DNA of 64,000 bases, taken from assembly GCA_016929805.1 (NCBI GenBank), contig JAFGIB010000456.1, positions 7,573 to 71,572 of the forward strand, written 5' to 3'. Positions 1-8,305 of this stretch are shown piece by piece. Below the pieces are notes generated by a model. That model saw nothing but the letters and a program-made list of their open reading frames with translations, did no database searches and was not told where the DNA came from. The stretch's first letter is position 1. The number at the start of each line of letters is the position of its first letter. The stretch comes from Deltaproteobacteria bacterium. Its GTDB lineage: Bacteria > Myxococcota_A > Polyangia > Polyangiales > JAFGIB01. The position numbers were made by a program, and so were the translations under genes.

Positions 1-2012
1 CGAAATCCTTTTCTCTCAATGACACGCGGCCGGATGGTGGGTTTCGATAGTTCCCGTCCGGCTCGTAGCGCACCATGACGCAAGCGACGCGATAGATGGG
101 AAAGGCGCCGGGGTCATCGAACGAGACTTCGGCAATAAAGAATAGAATTCGGTTCCAACCGTTTCCCGGAAAGTCGGCGTTCGGGTTGGTCGCCGAGGGT
201 ACCAGGGTAATATTACCTATTTTGAAAGAGTAGCAGGTAGTTCCCTGGTCGTCGTGCAGCTTCTCGACTACGTAACGATACGAACCGAGCGAGCGCGTTG
301 CTGATTCGTTGCACCACGGGTCGGTGCCCGCCAACACTTCCTCGCCGTTAAGCGTTTGGTCCCAATCCAGGTCCTGCAGGCGATCATCGCTTACCGGATT
401 GCTCTGCGCATGTTGTTCCAACCAATCGGGCAGGCCGTCCGCGTCCGTATCATATCCGTTTTTAGCGCTGCCTATAAAGATCTCTTCGCAATCGTTCAAT
501 CCGTCTTGATCTCGGTCATCGTAATCGCAGCGTTCATCGCGGTCGGCGTCGGGACAGTCGCACAGACCGTCGCCGTCTTCGTCAACACAGTCGTGTCCCA
601 GATCGTCGTGACAAGGCTGCTCGTCGTCCACCACGCAATCGCATTGGCCGTTCATGTCGACATCTCGCAGACAGTCACAGAAGCCGTCTTGATTTTGATC
701 GACACAGGGGTCTGGTATAAAACACTTGGCATCGCTCGGGTCTCGTGCGTCGAAGCCGGTGGTCTGCATACGCCACTCAAGACGGTCGTTGAGGCCGTCA
801 TCGTCCGTGTCGGGCACCAAGGGATCGGTTCCGATTCGTCGTTCCGTGATATCCGCTACACCATCGCCGTCCGAGTCGACAAGCGGCTCGGCGCAACCTG
901 GAAGCTCATCACCATCGATATCGACGAACAGCCTGAGATCGACAGCATCGGGCTCAACATCCGCATCCTCGATTCCCGCGTCCTCAGGCGTGCTCGCGGC
1001 CGCGTCCGGACGATTCGCTTGGTCCGCGCCATCCGAGGCATCGCCGTCGGCGCCGGCGTCCGCGGGAAAGAGGTAATCGAGAATTTGGTTGCGATCGACC
1101 ACCGCGTTCTGATTGACCGCGGACATGCCTTTCAGGGTGAATACGCGGCGCGCGGCGCTGACGTCGATATGAAGGAAATTCAACGACTCGCCGCTCGGAA
1201 AACTACGAAATGTGCCGTCGCCCATTTCCGCCATTCGCTGCAGCAACTGCTGAGCGCTCTTATCGTAGGCCAGGCCCTTGTCTGAAGACAGATAGGCGGT
1301 ATGAAATTGAAAGACGCCGACGTGGTAGCGGGCCGCCAGATCTTTCAGTTGCTTTACCGCGTCTAGAATATTCTCTTCGGTGTTTTGCAGCGCTTCGTGG
1401 CTGTCGACATCCGGCAGTCCATCGGATAGAAAGATCACCAAATATTTGCTCAGCGGAAGGCTCTCCGAATCGGCGGTCTTGAGCTCGGTACGAAGCTCGA
1501 AATACGCTTCCGATATGGCGTTCAGATAGTTGGTCGTTCTGTCCGTTACCCGCAGGCCCGCGGTACCCGCCTGCAGCAGACCGGTATCGGTCGTATAATA
1601 GCTATCGGGCAATCCGTCCGGTGGAGTATCCAGGTCTTCGGGTGTCTCGCTGTGCGCTTCGGCGGAAAAGCGAAGAATGCCCACGCGTACACCCTCCGGT
1701 CCGCCCTCGAGGACCTTCCTCCAGGTTTCACTGACCGCGCGTTCTCGTCCGGTCTCGCCGCTAACCGGATCGCCCGGATCGGTAACCAATATCGATTCCG
1801 AGGAATCTACTACGAATAAGACCCGAAGCGGAAAAACGATGCTTTCCGGCGAGGTCGTACAGAAGTTACCCTCGGCGCCGAATTTATCATCTCGAACCAG
1901 TGGCGGGCGGGCGAGAGGTTCGATCTCCGCATCGGTGCAGCTCGCTCTTAACACCAAAAATACACAGAATAATAAGAGTAAGGCGTTTCGTTTGATGGCA
2001 ATCGTTTTCATT
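1..2012 (-). CDS. VWA-domain / thrombospondin-type-3-repeat lipoprotein, paralog 1 (C-terminus runs off the window start)
   Basis: Absent from the ORF track because there is no stop in the window. My reverse-strand translation from the ATG at 2012..2010 gives MKTIAIKRNALLLLFCVFLVLRASC (lipobox), VLFVVDSSES (MIDAS DxSxS) and repeated DxDxDGxxDxxE motifs (DSDGDGVADITE, DTDDDGLNDRLE, DTDADGLPDWLE). The frame stays open to the window edge. Confidence 0.8.
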
Positions 2013-2031
2013 TTTCTAAGGACAACGGCGG

Positions 2032-4344
2032 CTAACGACTTAAGGTATAACAACACGGATTCGGCAACCCCGCCTCTTGCCATTGTTCATAAGCTCCCGC
2101 ATCGAGATACCCTTCGGGGGCGGACGCGTCCGCATCTAAATCGGAGCACGAGTCGCAGGCCTCGCGAATACGTTCGACCAAATCGAAAAGGTACTGCAGC
2201 TCCCACGGACGATAGCAATCTCGCGCCGCGTCAAAATTCTCAATCGGGACGAACAACTCGGATGACGGCATCGGCAGGTTGATCGCAAAATTTTCAGCGA
2301 CGTAGTGCCTCAATAGGGCTATCGCATCTTGTCGTTTATAGGCGAAGCGCCCCAACGCGATACTATCGGAAAGGCACTGTTCAATCACGCCTTCGATCCG
2401 CGGGCGACTGAAGTTATCACCGGTGAACCAAGGGCACTTCTGAAGCCTGTCGACCTGTTTTTGGATTTTCAGCAACAGTTTTTCCCAGCTCTCGCCGGTC
2501 ACGTCGATCTCGCCGCTCTCGGGATCCTTGCTGGTCTCGCTGCGGTAAAAGGCCTCGAAACACGCGACGTAGGTGGACGATCGCGTACCGGCGAGCTGGG
2601 CGGCCTGTTCAGATTCATAAATAAAAATGCGATTCAGGCCGCGGTCCGGAACCAGCGGCGTTGTCACGAGCTGAATATCGCGCGCTTCGAACGCGGCGCA
2701 AGAGCGCGCTCGGGTTTGATCGGAACCGGACGGCGTAATTTGTCGGATCCCGAGATCCTTCCATTCGTATTCGATGCGTTGCTCTCGGAAGCGGTCGGCA
2801 TCGGGGACTTGGGGGTTGGTTCCACCCCGTATCTCATCGAGGTTGCTATTTCCGTCAAAGTCGAGATCCTGAGTCGCGTCCGCAACCGTAGGATCGGTGC
2901 CATTAACGATTTCGATCCAATCGAGTATGCCGTCGCCGTCGCTGTCGCTACGGCGGGTATCGGTGCCGATCATCGTCTCCTCGCAGTCGAGTAGACCGTC
3001 GCCGTCCAGATCGCTCGGTTCGCTGCAGGTGATCGCCGGCTGCAACGGGTCGGTGGGGTCGAAGCCGAGCTTCTTGTAGCGCAGCTCAAATAGGTCCGAG
3101 TAGCCGTCGGCGACCTCGGGCGTCGCGTCGGAATCACGCTCTTTATATTTCGTACCAAGGTTGCGTTCGAGCGCGTCGCCGAGACCGTCGGCGTCGGTGT
3201 CCGGCTCATAGCCGTCCCTGGTGAGGGAAGCGTATTGATTGCGGGCCATGAACGAAGAGGTCCACAGCGGTTTTTGCAGCGACCGATAGTCGAATTGCAG
3301 GAAGTTGTTGTCAGCGGCCGTATGAATGTTGACGTCCCGAAACGCCCCTGTTCCCGCGGCGGCCATGGCCTGAAGCAGGTTACGCGCTTGGTTTTGATCG
3401 TAACCGAAAGTGGACGCAACTTCGCCGCATACCGCGGTGACCTCGGCTTGCGGCGCGAATAAGAATACCGAGTGTAAAGCGACGTTGCCCACCGAATAGG
3501 TGTCTTGTAGCTCGATCAAATCGCTGACGCGCTGCAAGATGAGCTCCGGTTCGTTATAAGAGGGACAGATCATGTCGAAATCGACGTACTCATCGGCTTC
3601 AAGCACTTGACGAATGTTCTCGGGATCATCGGAATCCGGATCGCCCGTATAGTTGCAGATCGCGTAGAGATTATCCGGGTGCAACAGGTTGTCCCCGAGG
3701 TTGGAGCAGTTGTCGTCGGAACCGTCTATCAGGCCGTCGCCGTCGTTGTCGATTCCGTCCTCGCAATTGGTGCGGTCGTCCTCGCATCCGGCAAGGCACC
3801 TCGGTTCCGGTATCCCGTCGCTCACGAAGGCGATGACATAGCGGGAACGAGCCGGAAGCCCCGGATCGCTCGTCATAGCCGTGAGAATGTCATTTTCTAC
3901 CGCGCGCAAAGCCGTGGCCAACGCGCCTTGATAGTCCGTAGCGACGCCGCCGCCTTGCTCTTCTCCAATCGCGCCGCGAATCGTGCCGCTATCGCGAGTA
4001 AAGGGGGAATAGCGCGTCCAAGAGGAAAACCCGATCACGCCGATTTGCGCCGATCGGTTGCTTAAGACATCACCCACCAAGCGATTGAGCGCCTCAAAAC
4101 GGCGGTTCGCGGGATCGGTGCACTGAAGCGAGGCGGACTGATCGATGATCAACAATACTTTTACCGGGAACTCGACCGTTGTATCGGGTTGTACGCAATA
4201 TTCGCCTTTTACGGTCAGAAGATTGTCGAATTTTTTCTTTACCGAGGACTGCAACGGTTGCAGCCCGGCATCGCTGCAGCTACCGAGAAAGTGCAGCGCG
4301 CCCGAGATCAATATTATATAAAACAATCGACGAAACGTATTCAT
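2032..4344 (-). CDS. VWA-domain / thrombospondin-type-3-repeat lipoprotein, paralog 2
   Basis: 770-aa ORF. Lipobox is HFLGSC. MIDAS is VLLIIDQSASL. TSP3-like acidic repeats include DTDADGLGDALE, DLDGDGLLDCEE and DSDGDGILDWIE. It has a Cys-containing C-terminal domain and lies 19 bp upstream of paralog 1 on the same strand. Confidence 0.85.
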   Translation of the reverse strand: MNTFRRLFYIILISGALHFLGSCSDAGLQPLQSSVKKKFDNLLTVKGEYCVQPDTTVEFPVKVLLIIDQSASLQCTDPANRRFEALNRLVGDVLSNRSAQIGVIGFSSWTRYSPFTRDSGTIRGAIGEEQGGGVATDYQGALATALRAVENDILTAMTSDPGLPARSRYVIAFVSDGIPEPRCLAGCEDDRTNCEDGIDNDGDGLIDGSDDNCSNLGDNLLHPDNLYAICNYTGDPDSDDPENIRQVLEADEYVDFDMICPSYNEPELILQRVSDLIELQDTYSVGNVALHSVFLFAPQAEVTAVCGEVASTFGYDQNQARNLLQAMAAAGTGAFRDVNIHTAADNNFLQFDYRSLQKPLWTSSFMARNQYASLTRDGYEPDTDADGLGDALERNLGTKYKERDSDATPEVADGYSDLFELRYKKLGFDPTDPLQPAITCSEPSDLDGDGLLDCEETMIGTDTRRSDSDGDGILDWIEIVNGTDPTVADATQDLDFDGNSNLDEIRGGTNPQVPDADRFREQRIEYEWKDLGIRQITPSGSDQTRARSCAAFEARDIQLVTTPLVPDRGLNRIFIYESEQAAQLAGTRSSTYVACFEAFYRSETSKDPESGEIDVTGESWEKLLLKIQKQVDRLQKCPWFTGDNFSRPRIEGVIEQCLSDSIALGRFAYKRQDAIALLRHYVAENFAINLPMPSSELFVPIENFDAARDCYRPWELQYLFDLVERIREACDSCSDLDADASAPEGYLDAGAYEQWQEAGLPNPCCYTLSR

Positions 4345-4878
4345 ACCGACAGCTCGAAATACATTCTCAATAGAAGCGTAACAAACTTTAGAGTGTTAGT
4401 GTCTGGATAAGTTAAATAGGGCTCAAATTCACCCGCCCGAACGGCGAAGACGTAGGAGCGAAGGTGATAGCTCTGCACTTGCGCAAACGACGTATTCCCT
4501 AGTAGGCACGCATCGCATATCGCATGCCGTTTCCGGAGCGCGAACGAAGATTCGCGCTCAGCCGATTTCCAGCGCGAACCGCCCTCGATTGGCGGATACC
4601 ACCGCGAAGTTGTTGGGTTTTTAACCCGAACGACGCTAGAGATCGCGACGAGGAATAAACGCGACATGCCCCTCTATTGCTTTTAATTCGCGGGCCGGCC
4701 GAGATAGTTATAATAAGATGCTGTATCTTTGCTAAATTTCATAAAAAAACGGAAAAACGCTCTACAGGCTCACAAGCGCCCGCGCTCATCGCGCTTGCTC
4801 GAAGAACCGGGGCGGCCATTTTATGTCGTTGCCCGCGTTGTCGTAAGCGTGGTTTTTGTGGCAAACTAAATCTCAGCC

Positions 4879-5445
4879 ATGTTGTCATTGCTATTGCTCG
4901 CTTGCTTGCTTACTTTTGCGGGTTGCGGCGTGGAGTCGCGCATCGAATTCCGAATCTGCGGAAAGCTTAAGGTTCCAAATCAGCTCGACGCGCTTCGCGT
5001 TTCGATTCTGGATACCGAGCTGACGGAACAGGGTTTCGCGCTCATCGAATTGACCGAACGCGATATGGTCGCGGAGGGCGGAGTTGAAGACAGCGCGACT
5101 AAAAACGACGACGCGCTAAGAAAGACGGATGAGCCAAGCCGGGAAGCCACCGAGGACGGCGGCCTAGACTCGGAGCGGCGATCGAGTACAATCAAGTCGC
5201 TACCCGTGACCGCTTCTTTAGAAGGGATAGAGGGTCCGGGCTATCTTAGAGTTCAGGCGCTGCTCGAAGGAGTAGAAGTGGCCCGGTTTGACCGTTGGAT
5301 TGCAGATCGGGATGCGGCTTCGACGGTCGATATGCCGTTAACAGAGAGTTGTTACGGAAGATATAACTGCGCGCTCGGCCAAACATGTGTCAAGGGTAAT
5401 TGCGTGGTTGCGCCGATCGGGAACGATCCACCCGCTTGCGATTAG
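4879..5445 (+). CDS. small lipoprotein with a Cys-rich C-terminus, function unknown
   Basis: 188-aa ORF. N-terminus is MLSLLLLACLLTFAGCG (lipobox). It has an acidic middle and a C-terminal CYGRYNCALGQTCVKGNCV motif. It sits directly upstream of paralog 3. Confidence 0.6.
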   Translation: MLSLLLLACLLTFAGCGVESRIEFRICGKLKVPNQLDALRVSILDTELTEQGFALIELTERDMVAEGGVEDSATKNDDALRKTDEPSREATEDGGLDSERRSSTIKSLPVTASLEGIEGPGYLRVQALLEGVEVARFDRWIADRDAASTVDMPLTESCYGRYNCALGQTCVKGNCVVAPIGNDPPACD

Positions 5446-5455
5446 AGGTTTTTTT

Positions 5456-7414
5456 ATGGCGTGCAGAAACGCTCGCGCTGATTTTATTCGTGATATGAGC
5501 TTGGTTTGCGCGCCGCTCATTTTCGTCGCATTCGCCTGTACCGACGCGCGACTATACAGCGACGAGGGGCCCGCGATGCAAGCCGACCGCTTGACCCTAC
5601 GCGGAAGGGTGTGTGCGCAGGATACGATGGCGGAGCGATTACCACTGCGCATCGTGATCGTGGCGGACCAGGCCGCCGGGCCGCTATTTTCGAGCTTTGA
5701 TCCGGGCGGTCTTCGAATTCAGTATCTGCGCGACTTCGTTCAATCCGCCGTGGCTTCCGAGCAGACCGAGTTGGCGGTTATCGGCTACGCCAATCGATCG
5801 AGAACCCTGGCTCCCCAAGAGGGCAACTTTACCCGCAATCCCGGGGAGCTTTTAAGCGCGATCAACCAACTGGCGATCTCGGAGCCGTGCTTGACGAACG
5901 GCATTTGTCGCGATTACCTGGAAGGACTGCGTACGGCTCGCTCCCTTATCGAAGGTGACATGGCGCAAACCGAAGCGGGCGTGCGCGTGCTCACGGAGTA
6001 CGCGGTCGTCTTTTTGCTCGCCGGTCCGCAGGTTCCGCTGGCGTCGAACGTCGATTGTTGCGAGGTCGGAGATGCCGCTTGTCTACGGCAAGATCCGCAG
6101 CCGAGTAACGAATGTCAGTCGCAGCGACAGCAACGAGAGATCAAAGCGCTGCGCGAAGCGGTAGAGACGGGCGGAGGTCTCGGCGTACGCGTACATGTGT
6201 TGCACCTGGCGGCCGAGGAGGAGGCGGTCAACGAGCAGCTACAGAGCGAGATGCGGGACCTGGCCTTTGAAGGACTGGGCTCGTACACGCGTATCGGCAG
6301 TTCAGAAGCGCTATCGGTGAGCGGAACCCATGTGCTGGAGCAACGAACCGATCTAAAAGTCAAGGCTTTAATCGTATCGAACATCAACGCGAAGCCGAGC
6401 CCCGCGGGTCCGCTCGTCGATTCAGACGCCGATGGTCTCGCGGATGATCAAGAAAGCATTCTCGAAACAGATCCGCAGAACGCCGATACCGACGGAGACG
6501 GAATCGGGGATTTGGTCGAAACGCTGACCGGCATACAGCCTTTACAGCCCGATCAGCCGGCCGCCTGTCGCCAATTGAAAAAAGCCGGACAAGACAGCGA
6601 TCTTGACGGTCTATCGGACTGCGATGAGGCGCTGCTTGGAACGGAGCCGACGCTGGTTGATTCCGACGGAGACGGTATGCCGGATAAACTCGAGGTAGTC
6701 GGCGCGACCGATTTTTTGCATTCGGACGCGCAGGCCGATAACGACGACGACGGCGTCACCAATAGCGACGAATTAAGCCAGCATTCGGATCCCAGGTCCG
6801 ATGACAACACCGCGAGACGCACCTACCGATACCGATATGAAATTGAGGACGAGGGAGTGCTCGAGGAACTATACGCACTGCCGATGGGGCAGTTGACGGG
6901 TGTTGAGATAGTGCGAATGAGCGCGGGGACAACACCGGGAGTAGGGATATTGCGCTATTCAAACCAAAAGAAGACCTTGAGTTGGCAAGACGGTATCGAC
7001 ACGTCGCCGGGTCGGGCGATAGACGTCTCCGCCGAGGGGATGGTTGAGCTGCCGTCCTCGTCGTACGCGCCCGTACAGGGGGAGGAAGGTAAGCGAATCG
7101 AAGTCGATATCCGCTTCGAGGATCTTCCGGGAGTGGACGTGAACGAGCGCGTTCGTATTATTTATAGAAAGAGACATTGCATCTCCTACACTGTAAGAAA
7201 CGTTCGATTAATGAACACACGAAATACCGGGGAGTCAGACGACGGCCTCAACCGAATAGTTCTCTATTTCGCAGAAGCTCCCGAAGGACGAACGCAACGA
7301 CCCGGCCCCTTCAGAATGGCGGAGATACCCGTTGTTTTTACGCCGCCTGAAAGACGCGATCCGTCCGCGCCGGCGATAGTGGTTTTCGATGAGGAATTTG
7401 TCAGACCGAAATAG
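5456..7414 (+). CDS. VWA-like / thrombospondin-type-3-repeat lipoprotein, paralog 3 (degenerate MIDAS)
   Basis: ORF 5387..7414. I prefer the ATG at 5456, which follows agagg and gives MACRN...LIFVAFAC (lipobox). The VWA-like region is IVIVADQAAG, with no Ser in the MIDAS position. TSP3 repeats include DSDADGLADDQE, DTDGDGIGDLVE, DSDGDGMPDKLE and DNDDDGVTNSDE. The C-terminal domain is shared with paralogs 1 and 2 (YRY...NRIVLYFAE). Confidence 0.8.
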   Translation: MACRNARADFIRDMSLVCAPLIFVAFACTDARLYSDEGPAMQADRLTLRGRVCAQDTMAERLPLRIVIVADQAAGPLFSSFDPGGLRIQYLRDFVQSAVASEQTELAVIGYANRSRTLAPQEGNFTRNPGELLSAINQLAISEPCLTNGICRDYLEGLRTARSLIEGDMAQTEAGVRVLTEYAVVFLLAGPQVPLASNVDCCEVGDAACLRQDPQPSNECQSQRQQREIKALREAVETGGGLGVRVHVLHLAAEEEAVNEQLQSEMRDLAFEGLGSYTRIGSSEALSVSGTHVLEQRTDLKVKALIVSNINAKPSPAGPLVDSDADGLADDQESILETDPQNADTDGDGIGDLVETLTGIQPLQPDQPAACRQLKKAGQDSDLDGLSDCDEALLGTEPTLVDSDGDGMPDKLEVVGATDFLHSDAQADNDDDGVTNSDELSQHSDPRSDDNTARRTYRYRYEIEDEGVLEELYALPMGQLTGVEIVRMSAGTTPGVGILRYSNQKKTLSWQDGIDTSPGRAIDVSAEGMVELPSSSYAPVQGEEGKRIEVDIRFEDLPGVDVNERVRIIYRKRHCISYTVRNVRLMNTRNTGESDDGLNRIVLYFAEAPEGRTQRPGPFRMAEIPVVFTPPERRDPSAPAIVVFDEEFVRPK

Positions 7415-7486
7415 TGATTTCTTTCACTCGGCAAAAAGTGCTAAAGTGATCAATAACGTTGAAAAACAAATCGTGTTGGTGATTTT

Positions 7487-8305
7487 ATGAGTATAGAGAA
7501 GCGATACGGGCGCATTTGGTTAGAGCGGTCATCTGTCTGTTCGCGTATTTCTAGCGGGAGTCAAGAGCTCGGCGACCGACGGAGTCGCTATCATAGGCTC
7601 TTGAGAGTGTCCCTCGCGCTTACGTTGTTTCCTCTCTTTTTATCAGTACTACTACCGACAATAGCGGCGGCGCAGTCTTCCACGGTCGAACAGTCGGGCT
7701 CCCAGAAGAGTCGAGCGCCACGCAAGGGAAAACCGGTTCGCGCTCAAACGAATGCCAAAACACGCAAGGGCGGCGGGCAAACCGTTCGCGGAAACCGTAC
7801 AACGGCGGGCGCCGGCGCCGAGAGCGGGCGAATCGACGCCGACTCCGCTAGCGTTATGGGTAGAGAGGAAGACAATAGCCAAACGGCTGCCGCGAAGGGC
7901 GAAAGCGACAGCGTGGAGGCGAGTATCGCAAGCAAGCGCGGCGAGCGAACGCCGTCATCGGAAAGCGACGGGATCAGGTTAGATCAAAAAGAGAAATTGG
8001 GCGAAAAGGAAGAATCTATCGATCGAGTTGGATCGGGGGCGTCCGCTCTACGATCGAATCGCATGGAGTTCGACGCACGCTTGGTATATGGCGAGACCGC
8101 GGGCAGCGGCGCGGTGATTCTATTTGATCGAGGGCAGAGGGACCTTCCGCCTTTGACCAGACGACGAAAGAGGTTTTTGTCGGCCACCACCGAATCGGTA
8201 TTTGGCTCGAAAGACGAGTTGCGTTATCGCATTCGAGACGAATTCAAGGAAGTCGAGCCCGATAACAGTAATGATAAGTCAGCGAGCGATGGACTCGGCA
8301 ACTAG
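7487..8305 (+). CDS. secreted low-complexity (Ser/Arg/Gly/Glu-rich) protein, unknown function
   Basis: 272-aa ORF with a hydrophobic signal-like segment LALTLFPLFLSVLLPTIAAAQS. Its stop overlaps the probable start of the downstream GltG/J-like gene. Confidence 0.5.
   Translation: MSIEKRYGRIWLERSSVCSRISSGSQELGDRRSRYHRLLRVSLALTLFPLFLSVLLPTIAAAQSSTVEQSGSQKSRAPRKGKPVRAQTNAKTRKGGGQTVRGNRTTAGAGAESGRIDADSASVMGREEDNSQTAAAKGESDSVEASIASKRGERTPSSESDGIRLDQKEKLGEKEESIDRVGSGASALRSNRMEFDARLVYGETAGSGAVILFDRGQRDLPPLTRRRKRFLSATTESVFGSKDELRYRIRDEFKEVEPDNSNDKSASDGLGN

Noticed and set aside
356-1285. 309-aa + strand ORF (plus 726..1076 and others) listed in the ORF track
   Set aside because: Its Val/Ile/Ala-rich, motif-free translation is the antisense shadow of the minus-strand VWA/TSP3 gene. 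The minus-strand frame has a lipobox, a MIDAS and TSP3 repeats.
4341-4667. 108-aa minus-strand ORF in the divergent intergenic region upstream of paralog 2
   Set aside because: It has no recognisable motif, signal or RBS. It would read through the promoter region and its end overlaps the start of 2032..4344.
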